Shown here: positions 11,401-23,081 of the stretch, one piece after another
Layout of the letters: every line of letters starts with the position of its first letter
How positions within the stretch are numbered: position 1 is the stretch's first letter
Source: Lingula anatina
Taxonomy: Eukaryota > Animalia > Brachiopoda
Direction of reading: 5' to 3'
Assembly (NCBI GenBank): GCA_051362555.1
Contig: CM120642.1
Span: forward strand, 26,722,001-26,786,000
Length of the DNA: 64,000 nt
Translations under genes and position numbers: made by a program
The notes under the pieces: generated by a model
Database searches by the model: none
Told to the model about the DNA's origin: nothing
The model's input: the letters and a program-made list of their open reading frames with translations, nothing else

Positions 11401-14400
11401 TATTCAAGTATGGGAAGGGATTTCAATGATATCGCTATGTAGTCGGTAGGCCAGGACAGCTTAGCTAAATTGCCAGCATTACGGCACCAGGGGCATTTTT
11501 TATGTCTGACGCATATTCATTACGGAATCACTTTAAGGTAGAATTGGTGCCTGAACGGTACACTGAATCCAAAATAGATATAGCGTGAATGTTCTACTTC
11601 GCATCCAATAAAGAAATCCAAATAGACTGGGTTTATGCATAGACCAAAGAAGTTGATCGTGAGTAGCAAAGCTAGAAATCTCTGACCTCTCGCTTCATAC
11701 CATGTAGGGAATGGTTTTACAAATGTAGTTTTAACTTAAAAGTTGCAAATTGGTCGTAACTTTAAGATCGATAGTGTTCTTTGGCCCAAAATGATTACTT
11801 AGATAACGATGTTACTACAAAAGAAAATGTTATTGTTAATCCGATATTTTATTTTATTTTTGAACTACCAAATTGTTATTTTGGATGGAAATTTTCTTAA
11901 AGTTAAAACCAATTTTCAACTACGGTTATTTTGTGGGACTGGCCTCCGGTGTCAACGTGACAGTGCACTTACGTTCTTACATGTTTGCTTGCTTTCGTAT
12001 TATCTATAACGCATGGTTGTTTCAAATTTCCTCGTGTAATACTTAAACACATGTAGCTAATATCTCTCATTTCAAGATCTTCCAAGTGCGTTATTTTGAA
12101 TTAAAATTTAATCCAACACTTTTTTACAATTCTGTCGCTCTACTCTCTAAATGCCAGTATCTAATTAAATGCACTTTCATTTAATTTTGTTTTTAGCTAT
12201 TTTTCAGTTTCCATTGTATTTTTATTTACTTCTATTTTAACTGTTACTTTTTATATTTCGCACCTGTTTCAGTACTTATTCTTGCATACTTAACGAACAC
12301 TTGCAATCTTTGTTTTAAGCACCGCCCTGTTGCCCTATATTTCTTCTTTATTTTTGTGTTCAAATTGTATTTTCCTTGTGGTCCAGGCTGGTTCATTGTC
12401 TTTAAAGAATACTGTATTTGCTATTTAAAAATACTTTATTTGCTAAAATATTTTTTGTGCATTAATCATCATCATTATTATTTTATTTGAGATGGCACAA
12501 TCGTTATTGGTTTAATTTCTTTAACTTTTTTCTTTTTACCAACCCACTTTCTTTCCGATATTTAACCGAACTTCGCAGCCCGGACCACAGATTCTTATGT
12601 TTCTTTTTGCTAACATTATCGCACCATACCGCACTCTACCATTTCCTTATAAGCTGCATGGACGCAGTGGTCAGGGTATGGCGATTGCTCAGTGACCTGT
12701 GGCACGGGTGTCCAGTCGAGGTCACGTACTTGTGAGAGGGGAGTGGCCGGAGTGGACTGTCCAGGGAGTGAAGTGGACAGCAGAGAGTGTGTTCTGGCCT
12801 CGTGCAAGGCACCAGGTAGGGAGTTGTCGGCGTCGGTAGTCCTGAGATACGCTTGCTAGATGAAAAAAAACCATGCGATAAGTTTAGCAGACCTAGATTG
12901 TGTCGTATGCCTGTAGGAATTTCTGTCTTTAAAGAAATGTTCTGTAATAAGCTAGAAAAACTCATGGCTTCTAGAGGAACAACGAAGTGAAAGCCGCTCT
13001 AGGAATAACTTAAATGAGCTATTAGAAGGATATGTTGTGTTGTTCCATATTTGCCTTTAAACTTTTGCTGCAAGAATGATGTTTTAGTCAGGTACTGGCT
13101 AAGTGGAATGGAGCGAAAATGCTTTTTGCGTCACATATAAATATGAGAAATATGGCTTTTGTTTGAGAAGTTATTTTCTGGGCTGTTTAATGGATGATTG
13201 ACTATTGGCGATTGGCTATATGAGAGCGATTATACATTAAGTCTTATGTAATTTTTTTTGTCTAAGCATTGATGTGCCTCCTAACGTCATGTGATAAGAT
13301 GGCTTGTCTTTTAGGAATTGCAAGGAATTGGTAATAGGCTATAGCTAGAGTAGAAGAGAGAACCTTGTAGAGTTCTTATATGCATATGATTTGATAGCAT
13401 AAAAATTGAATTGACGTTATCTCAACGAAGCAGTTGCTTCAGATAATGCATGAGCTACCGGTACCCGCTATACGCCTATTGTAGTAAACAGCCAGATGAA
13501 GAACGCCATTCAAAGAATCGCAAATGTTTGACTACATACTGCCCAGTTGCTAGTTCTCATTTTTTTTTTTTTTTTTTTTTTGTTTGTTTTTTTTTTTTTT
13601 TTTTTGCACCACTTCCAATATGCACTTATTTCCCCTTGCTTTTCTTTGTTGTCAACTCTTGTTTATGTAATTTTTGAGTTTTTTTTTTAAGTTAAATATT
13701 AGTGTGACTTGTCATAACCACGTCTCTAATATTTACATTGATACCTGTCTTTTTTATTAATTCAAATGTACGATAACTCACCGTCTTTATCTTCAGTGTT
13801 ATTTCAACTTCTGCACATTTGTAGTAATCATGCACACATCTTTCTTTTACTTAACTGAATTCAGTATTAGTATGTTTTGTTAACCATTTGCACAATTGCA
13901 TCTTCCTTTGCAATGTTTCACCATAACCTTTTGTTTTCATCTTACAACATGATTGGCACTTAATATTGGATGTAGGATATATTCATGAAATCAAAATTTT
14001 AACCTTGTCTCGTACAAGGCATAAAAAGTTAACAAGATGAAAAAAATATTTCGATCAGAAATAATAATAGAGACTATTTTAAAAAGAAATAAAAAACTCC
14101 ATATTTAATGCCAAATATGTGTGAAACGCACTGTTATTAACCATAAATGCACCTTTTCTACCCTCTTTGCACTCCCTAACTTGCCTTTCCACCCTCAGCT
14201 GCATGGACGGAATGGGGAAGTTTCAGCGCATGTTCAGTCACTTGCGGAACTGGGTCAAGGATGAGGGCTCGCACGTGCAAAGGCGGGCGTCCTGGCATTG
14301 ACTGCCCAGGAAAGGCACTGGAAACACCTATATGTAAAATACGCGATTGTTCTCCGGCGCCGCCTCGGAAAGGTATTAGAATGATTGTGGTGTAGACGAG

Positions 14401-17400
14401 GAGGCAGATTAATCTTTTAATGATATTTATTACGTTTTTATTCTTTGTGATCCTGATTTTAATGTTATAAGTGATGCATCATAGATCAATACTAGTTTTG
14501 CTTTTCAAACAGAAAAAAATCTGCTATAGATACGTGGTCAAATCACATTTCATATGGACATGTCTTTGTGGGCACTGTAGTTAGGATTTCTAGCTTATGC
14601 CAAAACATACAATGGAAAGACAATTCCTTATGTTGAAACTACATGTCCCTCTGGGAAACATTTTAAGACCGGTTCATTAATGTGATTTTTAAAAGGATGC
14701 TACATGTATTATTCCGACACTCTAAGGAATACCAAGGTATTACTTTAGAACAAAATGTAGGTAGTTTAAGTTAATTCCTCCAAAATAGAATGAAGAGCAT
14801 GCCTTGGTATTTGGAATATTCGTATGGGATATCTTCTATTTAAGGTTATATATATAGATAACCTTTATCGACGTATGTAGTAGGATGATAATCAGAGGGC
14901 ATAACAACCGCATGTTAAATAACTCAACGACTAATTCGATTTCACTAAACAAGCACACTTGAATTGCAAAAATCACGTTTTTTTGAGAGCCTCCGATTAT
15001 TGTATACCATGCCACTTTTAAAATGCTATTGTTTACTTTATGACTTCATCTTCCTTGTAAATATCTGTTTTTTTTTTTTCTAATTCAGTGTATGTGGGAA
15101 ATTGCTTTATGGCGACAGACATATGTATTGACTTCTATGGTGCTTTTCCATATGGTCGGCAAAACTATATGCCAGTGACAATTGCACCATTCTCTATACT
15201 TCACTATATATGTAATCGTTTACGTGTGACCCTTTTCTAGTATATATAGTTCATTTACTCTAGCATTTTGGGGTGAGTGGAAAGACACCGAATGCTCCGT
15301 GACCTGTGGGGCAGGAATCCTGCTCCAAGTCCGTGAATGTGTCGGAGGCAGTCCTGGAGTGGATTGTGCTGGAAGTGGCGAAAAAACCAAATTATGTGTT
15401 CTCAAATCGTGCCGTAAGTGATCTCTACTAAAAGAACATTTTTAAACTTCATGAACAACGTGAAGGAAAACATTACATCGATTTTATTGCTTTTGTGTGA
15501 TAATTCTTCAGGAACGAAGTAAAAATCACCTGTTTCTCAGCCTAAAGCATTTCAAAGGTACCGTGCCGACGAACGAAAGACATTTGACAAATCAAATCAG
15601 TTCACGTTTACTTAACCAAATAATTAAGTAGTATTTCTGAATCAGTTTGTTTTCATAAAACACTGTTTGGACTTAACGTTATTGCCCTTGTCTCTCCTTT
15701 TCTCAATCACTGCTTCTCATGCTGGTTTATCTATACAGCGGCTTGGGGTCTGTGGGGAAAATGGGGCGCCTGTAGTAAAACATGCGGGGGTGGAGAGCAG
15801 CGAAGATATCGCAGCTGTGAAAATGGGGAACCGGGGCAAGACTGCATTGGTTCCACGGTTGACAAGCGCCCTTGTAACAGTAACGATTGTCGTGAGTAAA
15901 TGTTTCCCAAATAGATTCATCAACGCCTTTCATTGAAAGTAAAAGCGGAGTAAAATTTAAATCAATTTGATCCGTCTGATTTCACAAGTTGTTTACATTT
16001 AAGTGGACAAGGGGGAGAGAGCACGCCAGATTTAGTCCTTCAAGTTTAAAAATTAACTTATCAAATATTTTCTAACATTTTACTGAAAATGTCCTTCCCA
16101 CCATCAGCCCTATTTCAAGTAATAAGTCATAGTAAAACTTCTTTTATCGCGAAACCCCTTCTGAATAGCCGAAACGAAGCGGTAAAATGGTAATTTACTC
16201 GCTTTAGCTTCCTGGGGAGAATGGAGTCCTTACAGCACGTGCTCGGCAACCTGTGGGGGCGGTTTAAAGAACCGTTTCAGAGCATGCCAAGGAGGCGGGG
16301 TCCCTGGAGTCGACTGCCTTGGCCCCGCCACCGAATCCGTAGCATGTAATGAGGAGCAGTGTCGTAAGTGATATCATTTTCTTTTCTTTGCTTTCAGAAA
16401 CTGACTGCATGAAGCACGTTGGTAGAACTTGGTCTGATGTTTGGTGGTAACCACGTCACTTCTGCTGGACCTCTCCGCGGCTTTGTCGGGTGCTTGTTGT
16501 GGGAACTGTATCACGCACTAATAATAGCCACCTTTCTCATCTCTTGCAGAGAGAGAGATTTTTGCCCAGCCTTTGGAGATGCACATGAGGTGCACCAAGC
16601 CGTGAATCGAGCTTCTTTTGTGCAGACAGTATTTCGCAGATAGATAGCTAGACAGATTATGAAACAAAATTGAATATTAATTCAAATCCGGCAACTTTTT
16701 CTCTCTATCTAGGCCATTCTCTCTATCTATCTATCTCAGACCAAAACTTCAAATGATGGGCAGAAATTTAAACCGTAAATATTGATTCGTCTTCACTAAC
16801 TCTTTTGCATTATTACTTTTTTGAAACATCAAATGTGTATTGATAATTCCTTTCACAGTATACACGCTTGTGTGTTATTTACACTTTCGATAAAGCACGA
16901 ATGAAAATGTAAGGCATTTGCTTACACGTGGCTCCGAGTTATGTTGCCGGCTTTGAATGACACAAAATGCTGCTGAAAATAGAATTGGAAAGTAACTTGC
17001 TGCAAATTACTGCATTACGTGTAGTACAGCAAGAAGCTTTCAGTTTCTTTGTAAAATAAATCAATCTAAAGCTACGTGTTGCGATACTAAGTACGCATCA
17101 ATCACTTTGTCGTGCAACTGTGAAATACATAGCCCATTATTTTTCCGTTTCCTCATCTTTATATAACAGTATTCGTTTTCATTTGGAGTCATAATCATAT
17201 CTAAACCTCACCTAATGAACGCTCGTTTCTTCGTTAGCCCATTTTTCTTGCAGTCTGGTATGAGAATGTTCCACTTTTCTACCAACTATTGGAATGGTTT
17301 TCTTTTTATGGTATTAACCGAAACTTAATGGTATTAACCGGAACATCCATTAACACGATCTTATATAGAATCCCTCCAATTGGCGCCTCTCTGTAACAAA

Positions 17401-20400
17401 TAGAAAACAACCCAAAGTCAATTAAAGCATGCCCGGAATATTTTCTACAAATATCGAGACAACAAAAATAGACCTCAGGGCTTCAGTAGATTCGTATATG
17501 TTGCTTACTGGACACCAAGACAAAGCCTCAGCTTGAGTAGAGATCACTGTACGGGATTGAGAACACATATTTATTTTGTATAACCACATCTGGCACAACT
17601 GCATGTCTGATCGATTCTACAAAAAGGATTTTTCGTGACCGCAATGCTTTATTCGTGTAATTATATTAAATACAGCCATTTAAACACTTTACGTATACTT
17701 TATATTGGTGTCATTTGGACGTTGTGTAATTATTTGGCAGCTTGTTCTTCTATTGCTATATATACCATCAGTCGGATCAAGCGTACAATTGTCTCCATTA
17801 GCCATCGGCTCCATTTTGTAATCACCCTGTTTATTTACACATTTTGATTACAGCCTATTGGAGCCCCTGGACTCTCTATGAGGCCTGCTCTCGTACCTGT
17901 GGAGGCGGGGTTAAGACACGTACAAGAGTGTGTATAGGGGGCGTGGCAGGAGTAGACTGTCCCGGGCCCGAAACGGACTCTGCCGATTGTAATACTCAAG
18001 CATGTCGTAAGTGGACTCGATGAACCCCCTTCTGGCCAACGCACACTTGAAGCTACGCACTGAGCTACTAGTCTCTTGAGACTGATTGTTCATACCGCAG
18101 TTTTTTGTGTGCTCTGAAAATGTGGAAATGTGGTGTGTTCTTAAGACGTGTAAGGGAAACAAAACTTACTTGTATGTCTAGGCGACGTGCACTCTGATGT
18201 CACTGCTTGAAATGTGGAAAGAGGACAGTTCAGCTGATGGCTCTTTGTGTGCGTTGACTTTAGAATACAAAGTAGCACCTTAAACAGTATTTCGATACTG
18301 TTTCTGATTAGGAGAGATAGGTTTTGATTAAAATGTTTATTATATTGACGAATTAAAATTGATTTTGAAAAGTAAATCAAAGTAATGCATATAAAATGAC
18401 CATAGCCTGTATCCAACTGCCCATGGTGTGATAATTGTGTGTGCACATATATATTGCTTGAACATAAATACTCCAAAACAAATACTGGGCACATCTATGA
18501 CCACGTGTCTTGGCAGTTTACCCGTAACAAGTTACCATCCAATATTGTATTTTTCAGTCTTGTTTCAGCTCGTGATGATAGTGACAAGTTTAATATGGTT
18601 CTAAATAGCAAAGGCTTGTTTCAGATAGTTTAGACCGGATGAATGTTGGCATGGGTTGTATGATAACTAGTATTTGACAGATCAACAAGTGCTACTGTAT
18701 TTTTCATAAGGAGTCTCATATAACCGCGTCCTCAATGTGATTTCAGCGCAGTGGACGGCCTGGGGTCGCTACGGCGAGTGTTCGGTGACGTGTGGAGGTG
18801 GGGAGAGGTCAAGGAGTAGGTCCTGTATCACTGGGGTCCCCGGGGTGGACTGCCCGGGACCTGAAAAGATGACTGAACGCTGCAATGAAAAGCCATGCCG
18901 TAGGTTTCAGTATATGTTGTCGTTGTATATTTTTATTGTATAATTGTTGTATTTGGTGATATCTCATTGTGGTGAATGGTCAGCAAGAAGTGTGTTACTT
19001 GTGTTAGAAGCGACCGAATTATATATCACCTGAGACAATTAAGGCGGATATTATGATTCTTTTTCAGATAAGATCAATTCTGTTCATCTGTTGTATTATT
19101 GTTCGTCTCATGATGAGATAAAGTAGGCTGTCCTTTAGACATACTTTTGTGTGTATGAAGTTTGTATAATTGGGCTGAAAAGGCTCAGAATCCGTAGGTA
19201 CATAGTAGGGTATGTGAGCTGATGGAATGTGTTAGGTGAGACACGGGGAACACCCTAGCGCAATCTTGCTCTCCTGGCACTGAGTGTGCACCGCATTACA
19301 CACATACTTTACTAATTCTAACAGTACAAAGTTTTCCATATCGAGAAGTCGTGGTGATAATGCATTGTTAAATCATTTTTAATGTTTCTTTGGTTCAACT
19401 TTGTCCCATTTTATTATTATTAGGATATTTAAAACGTTTGTGGAAAATTTATATGTGACTAGTGTATCAATCTGGTGCAATTTATTATACTGTACATTCG
19501 GGGTTTAAACTTGCTTCGCACAGTAATAATAATTGTTGACACTTTCTTCAAATTATGTGTACTTAAAAGTCGAACAGTTAATTTAAAGTATGCAGAATAT
19601 TTGGCAATTCTTAAACGATTGCGCAGTATCTTAGGGGAATATCCATTAAACAAGTAATTTTTCACCCATTAAAGCGGCTTGGGGGCCATTCGGTCCATTT
19701 GGAAAGTGTTCTGTGGACTGTGGCATAGGAACATATACCAGAACACGCCCCTGCATTGGTGGTGTTGCCGGTGTTGACTGCCCAGGGTCTGACAGCGATA
19801 CACAGCCATGTGATGCAGGGAAATGCCGTAAGTTTCTCAATGTGCTTAAGGAAGTGAATATTTATTGCCTTATTGCCGACTGAATTATGTAGTTCAGCTT
19901 GTTCTGCGTAAATCTTAGTTATACATATGATTTGGATATGATATCAGCTGAATCGGCTAAGCGTTTTGCTATTGTCTCCATTATTGACATTTAGTGGACG
20001 TCGTTGTTAGGACTGTAATAGCGGTTGTGTTTAAGAATATTTTGCTCTGCCCTGTTTTGCAAAGTTGTGCAATTGCTCTTCATGTTATATTGTTGGTGGA
20101 AATTGAGAGTATCGCCGGCTAATTACGTTATTGCACTTAGGAGACCCGTTGACAATTTGGGGAAATACGTGCACGTGTGGAGTATCAAAAAGATAGCGTC
20201 TGTCACTATTGAGATTTGCACGCTAAACTTGAAACACTTTCCAATAACAGTTCCAAGACCTTCACATTGACAGTGCACATGTATTGTATAATGCCACATG
20301 AACCAACTGAACACGATGCATTTGGCTTAAAATTGCACAGCATACAGCTGACACATTGGCTAAACACCTGTACTTTTCTGCATATTCATTTTTAAGACAG

Positions 20401-21089
20401 GTGTAAAATAACCTTTACTTAATTTCATATATTATTGTGCCAAGTAAAATATTAGCTGCTGGTGCGTTTTAATCTCCTTTTTTCTAAATAGCTCTATTGT
20501 CCAACACTTGGTATTGGTTTACAGCTTTATATTTAATGTAGTGTTTTGATACAGTCATACGCATTACCGACATTGAAGTAATAATTCTATCCTTTCAATT
20601 TTCAGCAACACCTGTGGAAGGTAAGTGAATAATGTCCTTCCCAACTTCATTAATCAGTCAGATGCAGCGTTTCGTAATGAATTGCAGAATTTTTACTAAA
20701 ATTTTCTTTTAAAAATAATTTATCTCAAATAATTATTAGTGAGAATTTGGGTTGTTTGTTGATGCCAGCGAACCACGGTATTATGAAGTGAAATTTATCT
20801 CATACATCCCTTTATCTTTTAAAAGACCCTTGCTGCGAAGAACTGGACGAAGGTGACATAGCATTCGTGTCTGACAGCATGAACTTCGGTGGTGTGAAAG
20901 GGAACAAGGCCGTGAAATTCATTGAGGATGTCATCTCGGACCTGCCAATTGAAGGTGGAAAGGTTCAAGCTGCTGTGGTCTCCAACAAGTGTCTGGCAAA
21001 GATGGGCTTCTTCCTGAACACGTACAAGGATAAGGCCGCCATGTCGGAGCATTTGCATAATCTCCCAGGCACGAGAAGTCTTCATATTT

Positions 21090-21120
<31 letters not shown>

Positions 21121-21997
21121 GATTCCACTCATAGACCAATATTCAGTCCACTGCAATTTTTTTCAATGAAAATGTTAAAGAAATGTAATCAGGTTGCCTG
21201 CGACATAGAATTGGGGATTTCGGGGAATTTATGTGAGCATTATAAAATGTTCATATTTCTGGTGACTGTGACATTTTGTAAGAGTCCTCAATTGATTTTT
21301 TTTACAGGAGACGAAGTTGTCCAGCCAATGCTTGAAACCATGCGCACATCCTACTTCGATCCAGCCAACGGTGCCAGAGCCGGTGCAAGGAAAATCGGCG
21401 TCCTGGTCGTCGACGACGATGCCAAACTTACATACAAAACCATGGACGAGATCATGAAGGCTAAGCAGAATAACATCGAGCTTTTTGTCGTTGCCATGAG
21501 TCCCAATATCGACGACTTCAAAATGCAGTTCATGGCAGATGAGCCCCGTCAAATGCACATGTACAAGATGAAAGACGGCAGCGCGCCCAATATAGAAGAA
21601 ATGAGAAAGCAGCTACGAAATAACATCTGCACACGTAAGTTTACAGTTTATTGATATATTTATTTACCAAGAGATAGATATTTGTTGTGGTTCACCTTTT
21701 CTTTAACTCTGTCGGTATTGTGTTATAGGGCCTATATTGAATTATATTGTATTATATATTGAATGTCAAAAACCCCCTTTGATTTCGAATGGTATAGAGT
21801 AACTGCATAGCGCCACCCATTGTATTGTGTATATTTTACTTTAATTTTTTTACTTGCATGTTATAAATACGAAGTTGAAAAGTTCAAGTAGGCTGCTGCA
21901 GTGTTTTAACAGTTTTACTTTGAGCGTTATGTCAGGCATTACTGTGCGTTTAAAGCTGTTTGTTATTATTTTAGGTCTAATGAGGAGAAAGTTATAA
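265..21997 (+). CDS. Gene 1 (5' end lies upstream of the window): secreted vWA + 17 TSR (plus one degenerate TSR) + C-terminal degenerate vWA-like protein; hemicentin/coadhesin/SCO-spondin-like TSR array protein
   Basis: Manual exons: vWA 265-514, 968-1137, 1768-1948 (MIDAS DESSS..T..TDG). TSR exons, all phase 1-1: 2340-2489, 3092-3241, 4589-4753, 5084-5236, [microexon 5963-5992], 7663-7815, 8466-8618, 9001-9153, [degenerate 9641-9775], 10010-10162, 10863-11024, 12654-12815, 14199-14372, 15264-15413, 15739-15891, 16208-16363, 17854-18006, 18747-18899, 19675-19827. Then microexon 20606-20620, vWA-like 20826-21068 and 21308-21634, last exon 21975-21997 (RLMRRKL*). Sum is 4020 nt, in frame (1339 aa in window). 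TSRs show WxxWxxxxxCSxTCGxG...RxRxC. Confidence 0.88.
656..752. repeat. Compound (CA)n-like / (CT)n microsatellite in gene 1 intron
   Basis: Imperfect CA tract followed by perfect TC run 701-752. Confidence 0.95.
2062..2117. repeat. 19-bp inverted repeat containing CTGATGAAG; possible decayed Penelope-type hammerhead remnant
   Basis: cagttagacttcatcaggg (2062-2080) versus ccctgatgaagtctgactg (2099-2117), 18/19 complementary. Confidence 0.6.
4781..4935. repeat. Diverged ~90-bp tandem duplication in intron
   Basis: ttgacacga...atgaat...acccaaaacat.gatc.caaa.tt begins at both 4781 and 4871. Confidence 0.7.
20826..21634 (+). other. Gene 1 C-terminal vWA-like domain with degenerate MIDAS
   Basis: [11 protein letters not shown] (DxSxS lost), [32 protein letters not shown]; vWA topology motifs retained. 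Confidence 0.85.
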
Positions 21998-23039
21998 GTT
22001 GACCAAAAATCACAACGTAGGATGCAGAAACAACTTAATGTGAAGGAGCCAGGCGTATCTTTGATTTGGGATGTATAACAGGGTTTTTTTCAAGAGAGAC
22101 TGGAAAATGTTATTATACAAAACATACAATAGGAGAAAACACAAGAAATAGAATAACCTCCAAATATGGGTGTTCTTTGTACAGCATGGTGGATTTCAAT
22201 AATATGAAATACAGTTGGACTTCTGCGCTTGAACAAAAGAACATTTACCAGAAATATGCATCCATTTGTTTACTTTTTGTTAGAAACCACAGACGTATTT
22301 CATGGTTAACTGAATATCACCTTCATTATCAAAATCCATAGTTTGAATCCAGCGATAGTACAGTGGCGTACGCCTAATTGGCTGTATCCGCATACAATGT
22401 GAATCGTTGGACAATAGCACTGTACAAAAGATAGTGAACTTTGTTCTTCATTTGTAGTTTACACAGAAAACGAGAAGGTTCTTCGCGGGTGCAAAACTGA
22501 AATTGTATATTAATGCCTTCATTGTTTGTGATAACTTGTAAGGTCTTTCTTTCATTTTTGCGATTGATGTTATCTTAAACATAACGGGGAATCAATGTAG
22601 AAACTAACATATTCGTTTAATGCTTGATCGTGTAGATATTGATGCAAAGGACCCGGATGTTCAGTACCACTGAAACGATGGGACTTTCTCTGATTTTTTT
22701 CAATGCAGGGGTTCTTTGTGATATAGTGGGCACACCAGTGCACATTTAAAGGAGATATATTACCAACAAAACGGGTAGTATGCTATTGACGTTTAGCAGT
22801 ACTTGATTGTTTTAAAGGGCAGACGAGTCGGTTTGATAAAACGTCAGCTGGTTATGACATTTGCCTAACCAATCAAAAGTGTCGAAATATATGCACCAGG
22901 CAAGCAGGATCCAATGATAATTCTCGTTACAATTACCGAGACGCTTGTGAGATTGTGTTGCAATGTGAGTTAAATACACAGTCACTTTCTTATTTGGATT
23001 TTTCTTCATTACAAAAGTGTTTGGTTTTACTTCAGCAGC

Positions 23040-23081
23040 AATAAATGAGCATTCTTACGTGTATGAATGAATATGAATAAA
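23040..23081 (+). terminator. Candidate polyadenylation signals of gene 1
   Basis: AATAAA at 23040-23045 and 23076-23081, about 1.05 kb after the stop, followed by a T/GT-rich tract. Confidence 0.5.

Noticed and set aside
16550-16620. Possible extra exon after CTCTTGCAG in gene 1
   Set aside because: No TSR or vWA similarity and no convincing in-phase donor
21986-21994. C-terminal RKL as a peroxisomal targeting signal
   Set aside because: Not a canonical S/A/C-K/R/H-L signal; the protein is disulfide-rich, and its paralogue has a signal peptide and lacks the motif
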